64,000 nucleotides of DNA from an uncultured delta proteobacterium. Lineage in GTDB: Bacteria; Myxococcota; Myxococcia; Myxococcales; Myxococcaceae. The notes beneath the pieces are model-generated. The model was not told the origin of the DNA and did no database searches. It worked only from the letters and a program-made list of their open reading frames with translations. The stretch is from positions 1-64,000 of the forward strand of contig CAVQKE010000004.1 in the NCBI GenBank assembly GCA_963713045.1. Reading direction: 5' to 3'. Within the stretch, counting starts at the first letter, position 1, and every line of letters starts with the position of its first letter. Positions 22,091-30,665 of this stretch are shown one piece after another. The position numbers and the translations under genes are program-made.

Positions 22091-22401
22091 CGGGGACGGG
22101 TCCCGAAAGCCGCAAATTCTGCGTCCAAAACCCGAGCGGCGACTGGACTTGTGCGTCTTAGACACGTCGCACGCTGTACCCAGTCTCGCTCGACGAACGC
22201 TGGGGGCGGGGTGAGGCCCCTCCCCGAGCGGCCCTCAGGTTGAGGACGGAATGACTCGCTCCACCGGGAGCAAACCCGGTCGAAAACATAGGCCGCGGGA
22301 CCGTCGTCGGCCAAGTCGCCGATGACAAGCGCCGAGGTTGAGGCGCGGCGAAACCGAGACCCTAGCTACCTCTTCCCTTCCTAGTTTCAGGAAGTCCACA
22401 A

Positions 22402-22497
22402 CGGTAGAGCAGCGGAATCGAACCACCCGAACGACGCTCGCGCGCCGTCCCACTGGTTTTGAAGACCAGGCCGGTCACCAGACGCGGACGCTCTACC
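22402..22497 (-). tRNA. selC: tRNA-Sec (anticodon UCA); CCA not encoded
   Basis: Reverse complement folds 8/5: acceptor GGTAGAGC/GCTCTACC, D loop TGGT, anticodon CTGGT-CTTCAAA-ACCAG, 9-bp variable arm with GCGA loop, T arm GGTGG-TTCGATT-CCGCT, discriminator G. Confidence 0.93.
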
Positions 22498-22676
22498 AGA
22501 TAACCTAACTAGTGATGTTGTTAGGCAAACTATCGCTTCCCAAGCGACGCTTTGCACCGACGCCGAACGCAATTCTATTTGCGCGCCGCCAGCGTTGCGA
22601 CTGTAGTCTCAAACCGGCGCGACCCGCGGCTTTGAGTGGGTGCCGTTCTGCGGTCCTGCCGTATGCGTCTGGGCGA

Positions 22677-23234
22677 CTACTTCTTGCAGTTGTCGGTACC
22701 CATCGTCGACCACTTCCCATCCGTCTCCATCTCAAAGGTCAGCATTATTTCCTTGGCTGAAATTTGCTTCACGGTCTCCCGCGACTTGTTCGCCTTTCCC
22801 ATCATCACGCCAGTTTCATCCCAAACGACGGAGTCGCCCTTAAGACCGTCGGATATCCCATGGCCGATGCCGCCATAGCTGTCGGCGTAGAACTCGATGA
22901 GCTTGTTGTTGGCGGCGTCATAGGCCCACAACATCTGGACCTTCATTCCGTTCGGCAGCATGGCGTTCTTGTCGACATGGTAGTCGCCGGAGTAGGCGAA
23001 CCCATCCAGCGTGGACTTGAGGACCATGCTGGACTTGCTATCCATCGTCCCGCTGCCGTCCATTTTTTGGAATTTACCTTTGCAGTTCCAGGTGCCGGTC
23101 ATTCCCTTGAACGCTCCAACCAGCGCGGGTGCCGGCTTGGGTGCCTCAGGAGGCTTGGCCTTGTCGTCGGCCAGGGCGCGGGGAACTAGAACAACCGAGG
23201 ACAGGACGAATGCTGTTCGAAGGAATCGGCGCAT
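22677..23234 (-). CDS. Secreted DUF1579-like beta-barrel protein
   Basis: Signal peptide; GTWNCKG; WAYD....KLIEFYADSYG; GKW. Confidence 0.7.
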   Translation of the reverse strand: MRRFLRTAFVLSSVVLVPRALADDKAKPPEAPKPAPALVGAFKGMTGTWNCKGKFQKMDGSGTMDSKSSMVLKSTLDGFAYSGDYHVDKNAMLPNGMKVQMLWAYDAANNKLIEFYADSYGGIGHGISDGLKGDSVVWDETGVMMGKANKSRETVKQISAKEIMLTFEMETDGKWSTMGTDNCKK

Positions 23235-23393
23235 GGCATCTCCTTCCGAGAGTGGTGGGAGCGGGCTATCACGTTGCCATCGGGCGGCCAACCCTCCGTA
23301 AGCGGCGGATTGAGCGCCCAACCCCCGCCAGAGCCCCTAAACTCACACGGCGGTACCCCAGCCAAGCCTATAGCGATAATGCCTGCACGTTTG

Positions 23394-23430
23394 GAAGACC
23401 AGGCCGGTCACCAGACGCGGAAGCTCTACC
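23394..23430 (-). repeat. Displaced 5' half of tRNA-Sec (copy 1)
   Basis: GAAGACCAGGCCGGTCACCAGACGCGGAAGCTCTACC is 36/37 identical to 22461-22497. Confidence 0.9.
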
Positions 23431-23757
23431 AGACGACTTTTCTCGAGGAGAAGCCTACCTTTTAGGAGGTGAAATCACTGTGTTCGAATGTCGCCCATAA
23501 CGGCGATGGCTCCGTGTTGACACGAGGCTCAACCAGAGGTGCCGTTATAGATACCCAGGAGAGCACGGAAATGGAACCCGCAGTAGAGCACGACGGAAAA
23601 GAACCGCAGGACCAGCACCTGCGTGGCTGCGCAAGTGGACTGGTGGCCGATGTGCGCTGATAGCAATGGGGCGCGGCGATCGCCGGCTGCCTGCCTGAGC
23701 GCTGGCGGTACGGGTGCCTCGTAGTGCTCCCTGAGTTCAAGCGAGAAAGAGCGTCCC

Positions 23758-24612
23758 GTGGAACACCCAACCTGTTATCGAAGGACACGGATCGATGAGC
23801 TCTTGATCTTTTACCGAGAGGCAGGCCCGAGAGAAGCGCCGACGCTGCTGCTGTTGCACGGATTTCCGTCCTCTTCGCGGATGTTCGAGCCACTACTCGC
23901 CCGGTGTTCCGACCGCTATCACCTTGTTGCGCCCGATTACCCTGGCTTCGGACACAGCGACTGGCCAGACAGGATTAGATTCCCGTACACATTCGATCGC
24001 TGCGCCGAAATTATGAACCACTTCACAGAAGGCCTTGGGCTCTCGCGCTACAGCCTCCACATGCTGGACTACGGAGGTCCGGTAGGTTTTCGCATGGCAC
24101 TGGCGCATCCGGAGCGGATTGTGCGGCTCATTGTCCAGAACGCTGTGGCGCACAACGAAGGCCTGGGAGCGATTTGGAAGCCGCGGCGGGCCTTCTGGGC
24201 CGATCGCGCTGCCAACGAGAACGCGTTTCGCACCACTTTCTTGTCGCTGGAGACGACGCGGACGCGTCACCTGGGGACCGATCCCGACTGGGAACGATAC
24301 GACCCGGATTTCTGGACTGAAGAATCTGCCTTTCTCAGCCAGCCCGGTCAGTCAGACATTCAAACCGACCTCTTCTACGACTACCGAACCAATGTGGACG
24401 CTTACCCAAAATGGCAAGCATGGATGCGCGAGGCGCAGCTGCGCATGCTGGTGATCTGGGGGAAGTATGATCCGTCGTTCGACGTCTCGGAGCCGGAAGC
24501 CTATCGCCGGGACGTACCGGACGCTCAGGTTCACGTCCTCGATGCGGGCCATTTTGCCCTCGACACTGCAGCGGATCAGATTGCGCAGCTCGTCCATGGC
24601 TTTATGAAGTAG
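23758..24612 (+). CDS. Alpha/beta hydrolase (epoxide hydrolase / dehalogenase-like)
   Basis: LLHGFPSSS, APDYPGFG, nucleophile DYGG, VIWGKYD, AGHFAL. Confidence 0.9.
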   Translation: MEHPTCYRRTRIDELLIFYREAGPREAPTLLLLHGFPSSSRMFEPLLARCSDRYHLVAPDYPGFGHSDWPDRIRFPYTFDRCAEIMNHFTEGLGLSRYSLHMLDYGGPVGFRMALAHPERIVRLIVQNAVAHNEGLGAIWKPRRAFWADRAANENAFRTTFLSLETTRTRHLGTDPDWERYDPDFWTEESAFLSQPGQSDIQTDLFYDYRTNVDAYPKWQAWMREAQLRMLVIWGKYDPSFDVSEPEAYRRDVPDAQVHVLDAGHFALDTAADQIAQLVHGFMK

Positions 24613-24793
24613 CGCGGCGAAAGCGCGCGGTGCGGAGCGCTTCAACGAGTTTGTTCGTCACGCGGTTGTCCCCACCGCAAGGCTCAGTTCCTATTGCTGC
24701 TGCATCCCAAGACGAAGGTGTGGGCCGACCCGAAGGACGTCAGGCCGCTCAACGCTTGACGGTGGGGGCACGCTAACGGCGCCGCTAACGCCA

Positions 24794-25579
24794 TGAGCCT
24801 CCCCTCGTTTCGTGGACACCTGAGGAGGGGTGTACATGTCCACGATGGCGAGGCGAGCACGGCGGAAGTTCAGCCCAGAGTTCAAAGCTGAGACCGGCAA
24901 ACTGGTCCGGGAGAGCGGCAAGACGGTAGGTGACGTCGCACGCGGGACCTGACCGAAACCGCATTGCGGCACTGGGTCCAGCAGGCCGACGTCGACCAGG
25001 GCAAGGGACCGGAGGGGGCTTTGACAACCGCCGAGAAGCAGGAGCTGACGAAGCTTCGACAGGAGAACCGCACGCTGCGGATGGAGCGTGACCTATTAAA
25101 AAAATGGGCGGCCTTCTTCGCCAAGGAGTCCAAGTGAAATTTGCTCGGATTCAAGCGGAGAAGGCGGAGGAGCCATCCACCTCGGTCGCTGCCATGTGCG
25201 GCCTGCTCGGCGTCTCGCGCGCCGGCTTCTACGCTTGGGCGCATCGCGCCGAGTCTGCTCGGAGCCGAAGTAACCGGGAGCTCACTGTCCACATCTCGGC
25301 CATTCACGAGGAGAGCCGCCGGACATACGGGAGCCCGCGTGTGCATGCCGAGCTGCGTTTCCGAGGCCGTCCTGTCGGGCTGCACCGGGTGGCGCGGCTG
25401 ATGCGCTTCTCTGGCATCCGCGCTCGACGAAAGCGCCGTTTCGTCCGGACGACGACGTCCGACTCAACTCTACCTGTCGCGCCGAACGTGCTGGCGCGCG
25501 ACTTTCAGGCGCATCTACCGAACCGCGTGTGGAGCACGGACATCACCTACGTGCCGACCCGAGAGGGCTGGCTCTACCT
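24794..25579 (+). mobile_element. IS3-family element, truncated: IRL, frameshifted orfA (24836-25137), 5' part of orfB
   Basis: TG-starting terminus TGAGCCTCCCCTCGTTTCGTGGACACC; RRKFSPEFK; A7 slippery site (TTAAAAAAATGG); SRRTYGSPRVHAEL; PNRVWSTDITYVPTREGWLYL. Confidence 0.9.
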
Positions 25580-26135
25580 CTCACGATTGATCACTTCTCG
25601 GCCTCTTCCCTGGCGCGCCAGCCGAGTTCCAGGAGGAGTAGGTCGTGTAGCCCCCGTCCAAGGACGAGCCAGCCAGGGTCTCCATTGCTCTTTAGGTGCC
25701 CGCCCAGGGCCGCGACGGCGAGCATCGCCTCGCGGGCCGTGGGTTTCGTAGGAAGGGTCTTTTCGCCACGGCATGTAACACCTCGAGCTGCTTGGGCGTG
25801 AGCGCTGCTGTCGCTGGCGCCCGCTCATCGGTTTGAGCCAAGTGCCGGCGGAGGAGGAGCCGCCATGCCACCGGGGCCAAGATGGCCAGGGCATTTAGAA
25901 GACTGTGAGCACTCTCAAGTTGCCGTCGCTCGTACTGGCAGCCTGTCTTCAGTGCTTTGAAGAATTCTTCAATCACCCACCGCCCGCGGTAGCAGTCCAC
26001 CGCGAAGGCAATCGCTTCGGGTGAATCGATGGGCAGGTTCGTCAGCAGAAACCACTCGACCGCAGGCTCGTCGCGAGGTGGCCGTCGCTCAAATACGTGA
26101 ATGACATTGAGACGAAGCGACGCCGAGCGGGCTCC
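25580..26135 (-). mobile_element. IS4-family (IS50/Tn5-like) transposase 3' fragment and right end
   Basis: EWFLLTNLP, YRGRWVIEEFFKALKTGC (YREK motif), LGGHL..NGDPGW; ends GTGATCAATCGTGAG. Confidence 0.85.
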
Positions 26136-26375
26136 TCGACTGTTCTGCTCCGGGCTCCATGAGGCCGCCCAACGTCGGTCTTGACGGGGACCATGGCGAC
26201 GACCGCTCCAGTGCACGTTGGGGCCGGGGACGCTCGTCCCATCGGAAGCGGCAATTACGCCTGCGAGCCGGTCCTGGACGTACCGACGCAGTTCATCATC
26301 TGCGGCGAGCTTCGCCATCTTGGGCCGCCTTGCTTTCCGGTCAGCGTGCCACTGGGCGGTCGCGGCTGTGGTCTT
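26136..26375 (-). pseudogene. IS30-family transposase internal fragment
   Basis: AQWHADRKARRPK.AKLA...LRRYVQDRL...WSPEQ. Confidence 0.75.
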
Positions 26376-26652
26376 GCGCGGTCACGTGTCCGTCAGAGAG
26401 CAAAACAAACACGGTCGAACCCAGGCTGGCGCCAGTCCATGTGACAAGGAGATCGCTCGATGTGGGTTGGCCAATGTCGCTTGAGAGCTCAGGAGTGGCG
26501 CTGTGAGCGTGATGTCCGTCGGCGCCGCGCCACACCTTCCACTAAAAGCACTCAAGTCACCTCCTGTCGTCGTCACCTGAAACACCTGCCTAGGGACGAA
26601 GATGGTCGCAGACGATTCGACGCTGTCATAAGTCCACGGCGACTCGCGGGCT

Positions 26653-27906
26653 TTGCTAGCCTTTCCGTTGAAGCAACCCGCCAACGTGAATCAGCGCTGC
26701 CCACGCGTCCTGTGCACTCTCCGAGCAGCCGGGGCGCGTGCGGGCCGGGCCCCCGGGTTTCCCCTAGCGGCGACTGAAGCGTCCACGGACTGGAGCCGGA
26801 TACGCGTCGCACTCGTCGTCGTCTTGGCCCTCGGCGCCACGGGCTGTTCCAGCGCTGGGGTGGACGACCTCTCCCTGACGTTGGAGCCCTTCCGCGCGGA
26901 CGCAGGGCTGCCGGCCCTCGGTGGGGCCGTCTTCCAAGGGGGAACCTTGCTGGCCCTCGGCGCCACCGGTGTGCGAAAGCTCGGCGACGCGACGAGAGTC
27001 ACCAGCAGCGACGAGTGGCACCTGGGTTCGGACACCAAGGCAATGACGGCCACCCTTCTCGGCATCTACGTCGACGAGGGGACGCTGCACTTTTCAGACA
27101 CCCTGGGGACGCTCTTCGCCGGCGAAACCATTCATCCCGGCTTCCTCAACGTCACGCTGGACGAGCTTCTCCACCACCTCGGCGGCATGCCGGGAACCAT
27201 TCCGGCGGACATCTGGGCGCAAATGTGGAGTGACGGCTCAAGCCCGAACGCACGAACGACTGCAGTGCGTGCGCTTCTCGCTCTGCCGCCGGCTCAGCCG
27301 CCCGGCACCTTCGTCTACTCCAACGCCGGCTACATGGTGGCGGGCGCGGCGCTCGAGCGGGTGGTAAATGACAGCTGGGAGCACCTGATCACCACCCAGC
27401 TGTGGGGACCGTTGGGAATGGCGTCCTGCGGCTTCGGTGCTCCGGGGAGCCCAGGGCAGGTGAATGAGCCCTGGGGTCACCAAACCAACGCCGACGGCTC
27501 CTTCACGCCTCTGGACCCGGGCAACCCCCTCGCCGACAACCCCCCGTCCCTGGGGCCGGCGGGCACCGCGCACTGCTCGCTCCCCGACTGGGGAAAATTT
27601 CTCGCGCTCCACCTGGCAGGTGCGCGTGGCGAGCCCACCTCGCTTGTCAGCACCGCCACGCTGCAGCACTTGCAGACTCCCCCGAGCGGCTCTGACTACG
27701 CCTGCGGATGGCTCGTCGTCTCCCGCAGCTGGGCGGGCGGCACGGCGCTCACCCACTCCGGCAGCAACACCTTGTGGTACGCCACCGCCTGGCTCGCGCC
27801 GGCGAAAAACCTCGCCTTCGTCACAGCCACCAATTGCGCGAGCCCTCCGGCGGCGACGGAACTCGACGCCGCGTTTGGACCGCTGATTGACAAGTACGCT
27901 CCCTGA
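26653..27906 (+). CDS. Beta-lactamase-like serine hydrolase, probable lipoprotein (true start likely downstream of 26653)
   Basis: HLGSDTKAMT (SxxK), YSNAGY, HSGSNT; lipobox ATGC. Confidence 0.85.
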   Translation: MLAFPLKQPANVNQRCPRVLCTLRAAGARAGRAPGFPLAATEASTDWSRIRVALVVVLALGATGCSSAGVDDLSLTLEPFRADAGLPALGGAVFQGGTLLALGATGVRKLGDATRVTSSDEWHLGSDTKAMTATLLGIYVDEGTLHFSDTLGTLFAGETIHPGFLNVTLDELLHHLGGMPGTIPADIWAQMWSDGSSPNARTTAVRALLALPPAQPPGTFVYSNAGYMVAGAALERVVNDSWEHLITTQLWGPLGMASCGFGAPGSPGQVNEPWGHQTNADGSFTPLDPGNPLADNPPSLGPAGTAHCSLPDWGKFLALHLAGARGEPTSLVSTATLQHLQTPPSGSDYACGWLVVSRSWAGGTALTHSGSNTLWYATAWLAPAKNLAFVTATNCASPPAATELDAAFGPLIDKYAP

Positions 27907-28176
27907 AAAGACGTCACCGGGGTGGCGAGTCGTGCCCTCGAGACTCGCCGGGGGTGACGCTGGCCAACGCGGCCCCCGGTGCACCCTTGGCCGAGCTCCC
28001 TTCAGGAAAAGTCCTGCGCCAACGGTTTTCGGCGTCACTCGTCGCCACAGCCCAATGCGTCGGCAACCACGGCACTCGAGCCCCGGACGAATGCACTGGT
28101 CGGGGGGGGGAGCCACCTGGTAGGCCCTATCCTTCGGCGTTGGCCCTCACGGCTTTCGTGGGGAGAGGGGACACCA

Positions 28177-28860
28177 ATGAAGCTGCGCACGGTGTTGCTG
28201 GCCGCTGGGCTGGTTCTGCCTGGATGCAACTGCGGCAGCAGCGGCACGGACCCCATCATTTCCAGCTTCACGGCCACCCCGGCCAACCTCCCTGTCGACG
28301 GAGGGACTGTCACCTTGGCCTGGGACGTCTCCGGCGCCACCTCGCTCTCCATCAACCAGGGGGTGGGAGCCGTCACCCCACTGACGTCCGGAAGCACGAC
28401 GGCGACGGTGGCGACCAGCACCACCTTCACGCTCTCGGCAACGGACTCCACCGGAACAGTCACTGAGACCGCGGCCGTCTGCGTTGGTGGGGGACCGGTG
28501 ACGGTGACGGCGGTGTCCCCGGACTCGTACACCATGTGCAACACGCCCTTTGTGACGAACGTGAAGATGGCCAACGGCTCGTGCGAGACCATCACCGCCA
28601 CGCACGTCGAGCTTATGTCCGCCGCAGGCAGCTGCAACCTGCAGGGGCCCTACACCGTGTCGGTGCCCGTGCCGCCTGGCCAAACCGTGAGTGTGCTCGA
28701 CTTGACCAATGGAACCATCTGCTGCACTAGCTCGCCTTGCAGCATCAGCTGCACCGACGCGCCCACGTGGACAGTGACGGACAGCGACGGTGGAACCTAC
28801 GTCGCCATTTCGAACGAGTTCTCCATCGAGCTGTCTGACTGCAACCAGACTTGCCCTTAA
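28177..28860 (+). CDS. Cys-rich lipoprotein with the shared Ig-like N-terminal module
   Basis: Purine-rich RBS; lipobox LPGC; IxSFTATP..LP..GGTVTLAW module. Confidence 0.8.
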   Translation: MKLRTVLLAAGLVLPGCNCGSSGTDPIISSFTATPANLPVDGGTVTLAWDVSGATSLSINQGVGAVTPLTSGSTTATVATSTTFTLSATDSTGTVTETAAVCVGGGPVTVTAVSPDSYTMCNTPFVTNVKMANGSCETITATHVELMSAAGSCNLQGPYTVSVPVPPGQTVSVLDLTNGTICCTSSPCSISCTDAPTWTVTDSDGGTYVAISNEFSIELSDCNQTCP

Positions 28861-29248
28861 CGGGCAGCCGACCACCCTGGGCTAGGCTGACTCCCATGGC
28901 TACGCCTGACGAAAGCACGGCGAGTGCGAGGACTCGGCGGAGGGCTCTCTGCGGCAAGGTGTGGGCAAGGGCGTCGCGAGGGCGATGCCGACGCCTAACA
29001 ACCACTGCCAGCAGCCATCAGCTCTCACACGATCAGGGAGCGTCGACCTGTCTGGTTCGGGACGCTCCCGACCAGTTCTCCCGGTGCCGCCACGCGCGAC
29101 GCTCAGCGCTTCCTATATGCGGCGGCTCGGCACGCTGCTAGCGGCCGCGAAAAAAGCGGGAGGAGGGAGCGGCGCAGCAGACGCGGTAGAGCGGAGTCCG
29201 AGATGTCGAGGCTGCGCGCGCGCTGCGGACTCATAATGGTGCTGGGGG

Positions 29249-30665
29249 CTAGTACGACCTGATCACATGCGTGACGGTCCGCGAGGCGGTGCGGCCCAGT
29301 TGAGCGGCTGACGGCAGAGCGGGCAGAAGCCGACCCAGCGAAGGAGCACTTGCTGGAGCTGGCGTCGCACCATGGGCAGCGTCCATCGCACGCGGCTCCG
29401 GGGGGAAAAGGGCCCGACGTAGCGCGAGGAAACCGTGCGCGACGGCGCAGAGGGTGGCGTGGTGGTGAAAGCCGCGCCAGGTCCGCCCTTCGAAGTGGTC
29501 CAGACCGAGTTCCTGCTTCAGCTCCTGGTAGTCGCGCTCCACCCGCCAGCGTAGCTTGGCCAGTCGCACCAGCGTCTTGAGGGACGTGTCGGGTGGGAGC
29601 GAGGAGAGGTAGTACTTCGTGGGTTGCGTCTCGGTGGTGGGCCATTCCAGCAACAGCCACTGCTCAAGGCTCGGCGGTTTACCTTTGGTACGCCGCTCGG
29701 CGCTTTGCACGCGCAGCGCCGCAAAGGTGGAGGACTGCACGCCGCGGGAGCCCTCGCGCCAGCTGACGCGGTGAAATTCCTCCTCTGGCACCTGTGGTGC
29801 CAGAGCTTCGATGCTCCAGGGCTGGAAGCCTTCCGCCGAGTAGCGTTTCTTCGGCCGCCCCGTCCGACCGGCGGATGACGCCGGCGGTTTCGGCTTCGCG
29901 CCTGGAGGCCACACCGTGTGCGTCCCCTGGACTCGGACCAGGTACGGCAGGCCACGGGCACTCAGGCCATCGCGAAACTCGCTTGAGTCGCCATAGCCTG
30001 CGCCAGCGAGCACCACGTGCTTGCCCACTCCCCACCGCAGGGAGTCGTCCACGAGGCGAAGAGCCAGCTCCCACTTCCGCTCGTGGCCGACGTCATCGGG
30101 CACGCCGACGCTTCGGCGGCGCTCTCGGTCCGACGTCCATTCTTCGGGTAGGAAAAGCCGCATGCCGATGCATCCGCTCCCTTGCTCCCCGGCGAGGTGA
30201 AGACTGACTGCGACCTGGCAATTGTCGGTCCGTCCCAACGTGCCCGAGTACTGCCGTGCCACTCCCACCGAGTGCTTCCCCTTCTTCGGGTAGCCGGTGT
30301 CGTCCACCACCAGCGCTTCCACCCCCGGCTCGTCGTCCAACTTCGAAGCCAGCCGGCGGCGCATCTCGGCGTCGCTCCAGTCGGAGACAGTGACGCACTC
30401 CTGCAACCGCTGGCGCATGGCCTCGGTGTGCCGTGCGTCGTCCACCAGACGTCCGGCCATGGGCTCGATGCTCTTACGCTCTCCATCGAGCAGCAGTCCC
30501 GTCAGGTACAGCTCCATCGCTCGTCGGCGCTCTGCGCGACCCATCCCGGTCACCATCGACTCGAAGTACGAGGACAGCTCCCGGTCGAGCGCACGCATCT
30601 GGGCTGGGGTCATGCCCGTGGTAGATCACGACGGTCCGACGTCCCAACTGACCGGGTAGTACTAG
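29249..30665 (-). mobile_element. IS701-family element (transposase 29249-30613) with terminal IRs and CTAG duplication
   Basis: DDTGYPKKGKHSVGVARQYSG..G..DNCQ; RWRVERDYQELKQELGLDHFEGR; ends CTAG-TACGACCTGATCA and (reverse complement) CTAG-TACTACCCGGTCA. Confidence 0.93.

Noticed and set aside
24612..24660. attC-like end (TTCAACGAGTTTGTTCG) after the hydrolase, and GCCTAAC near 28993
   Set aside because: No matching R''/R' pair forming a full attC hairpin could be built, and no integron integrase is visible.
25571..25578. GCTCTACC matching the tRNA-Sec end at the IS3/IS4 junction
   Set aside because: Only 8 bp, and explained by the conserved W-L-Y-L codons of IS3 orfB.
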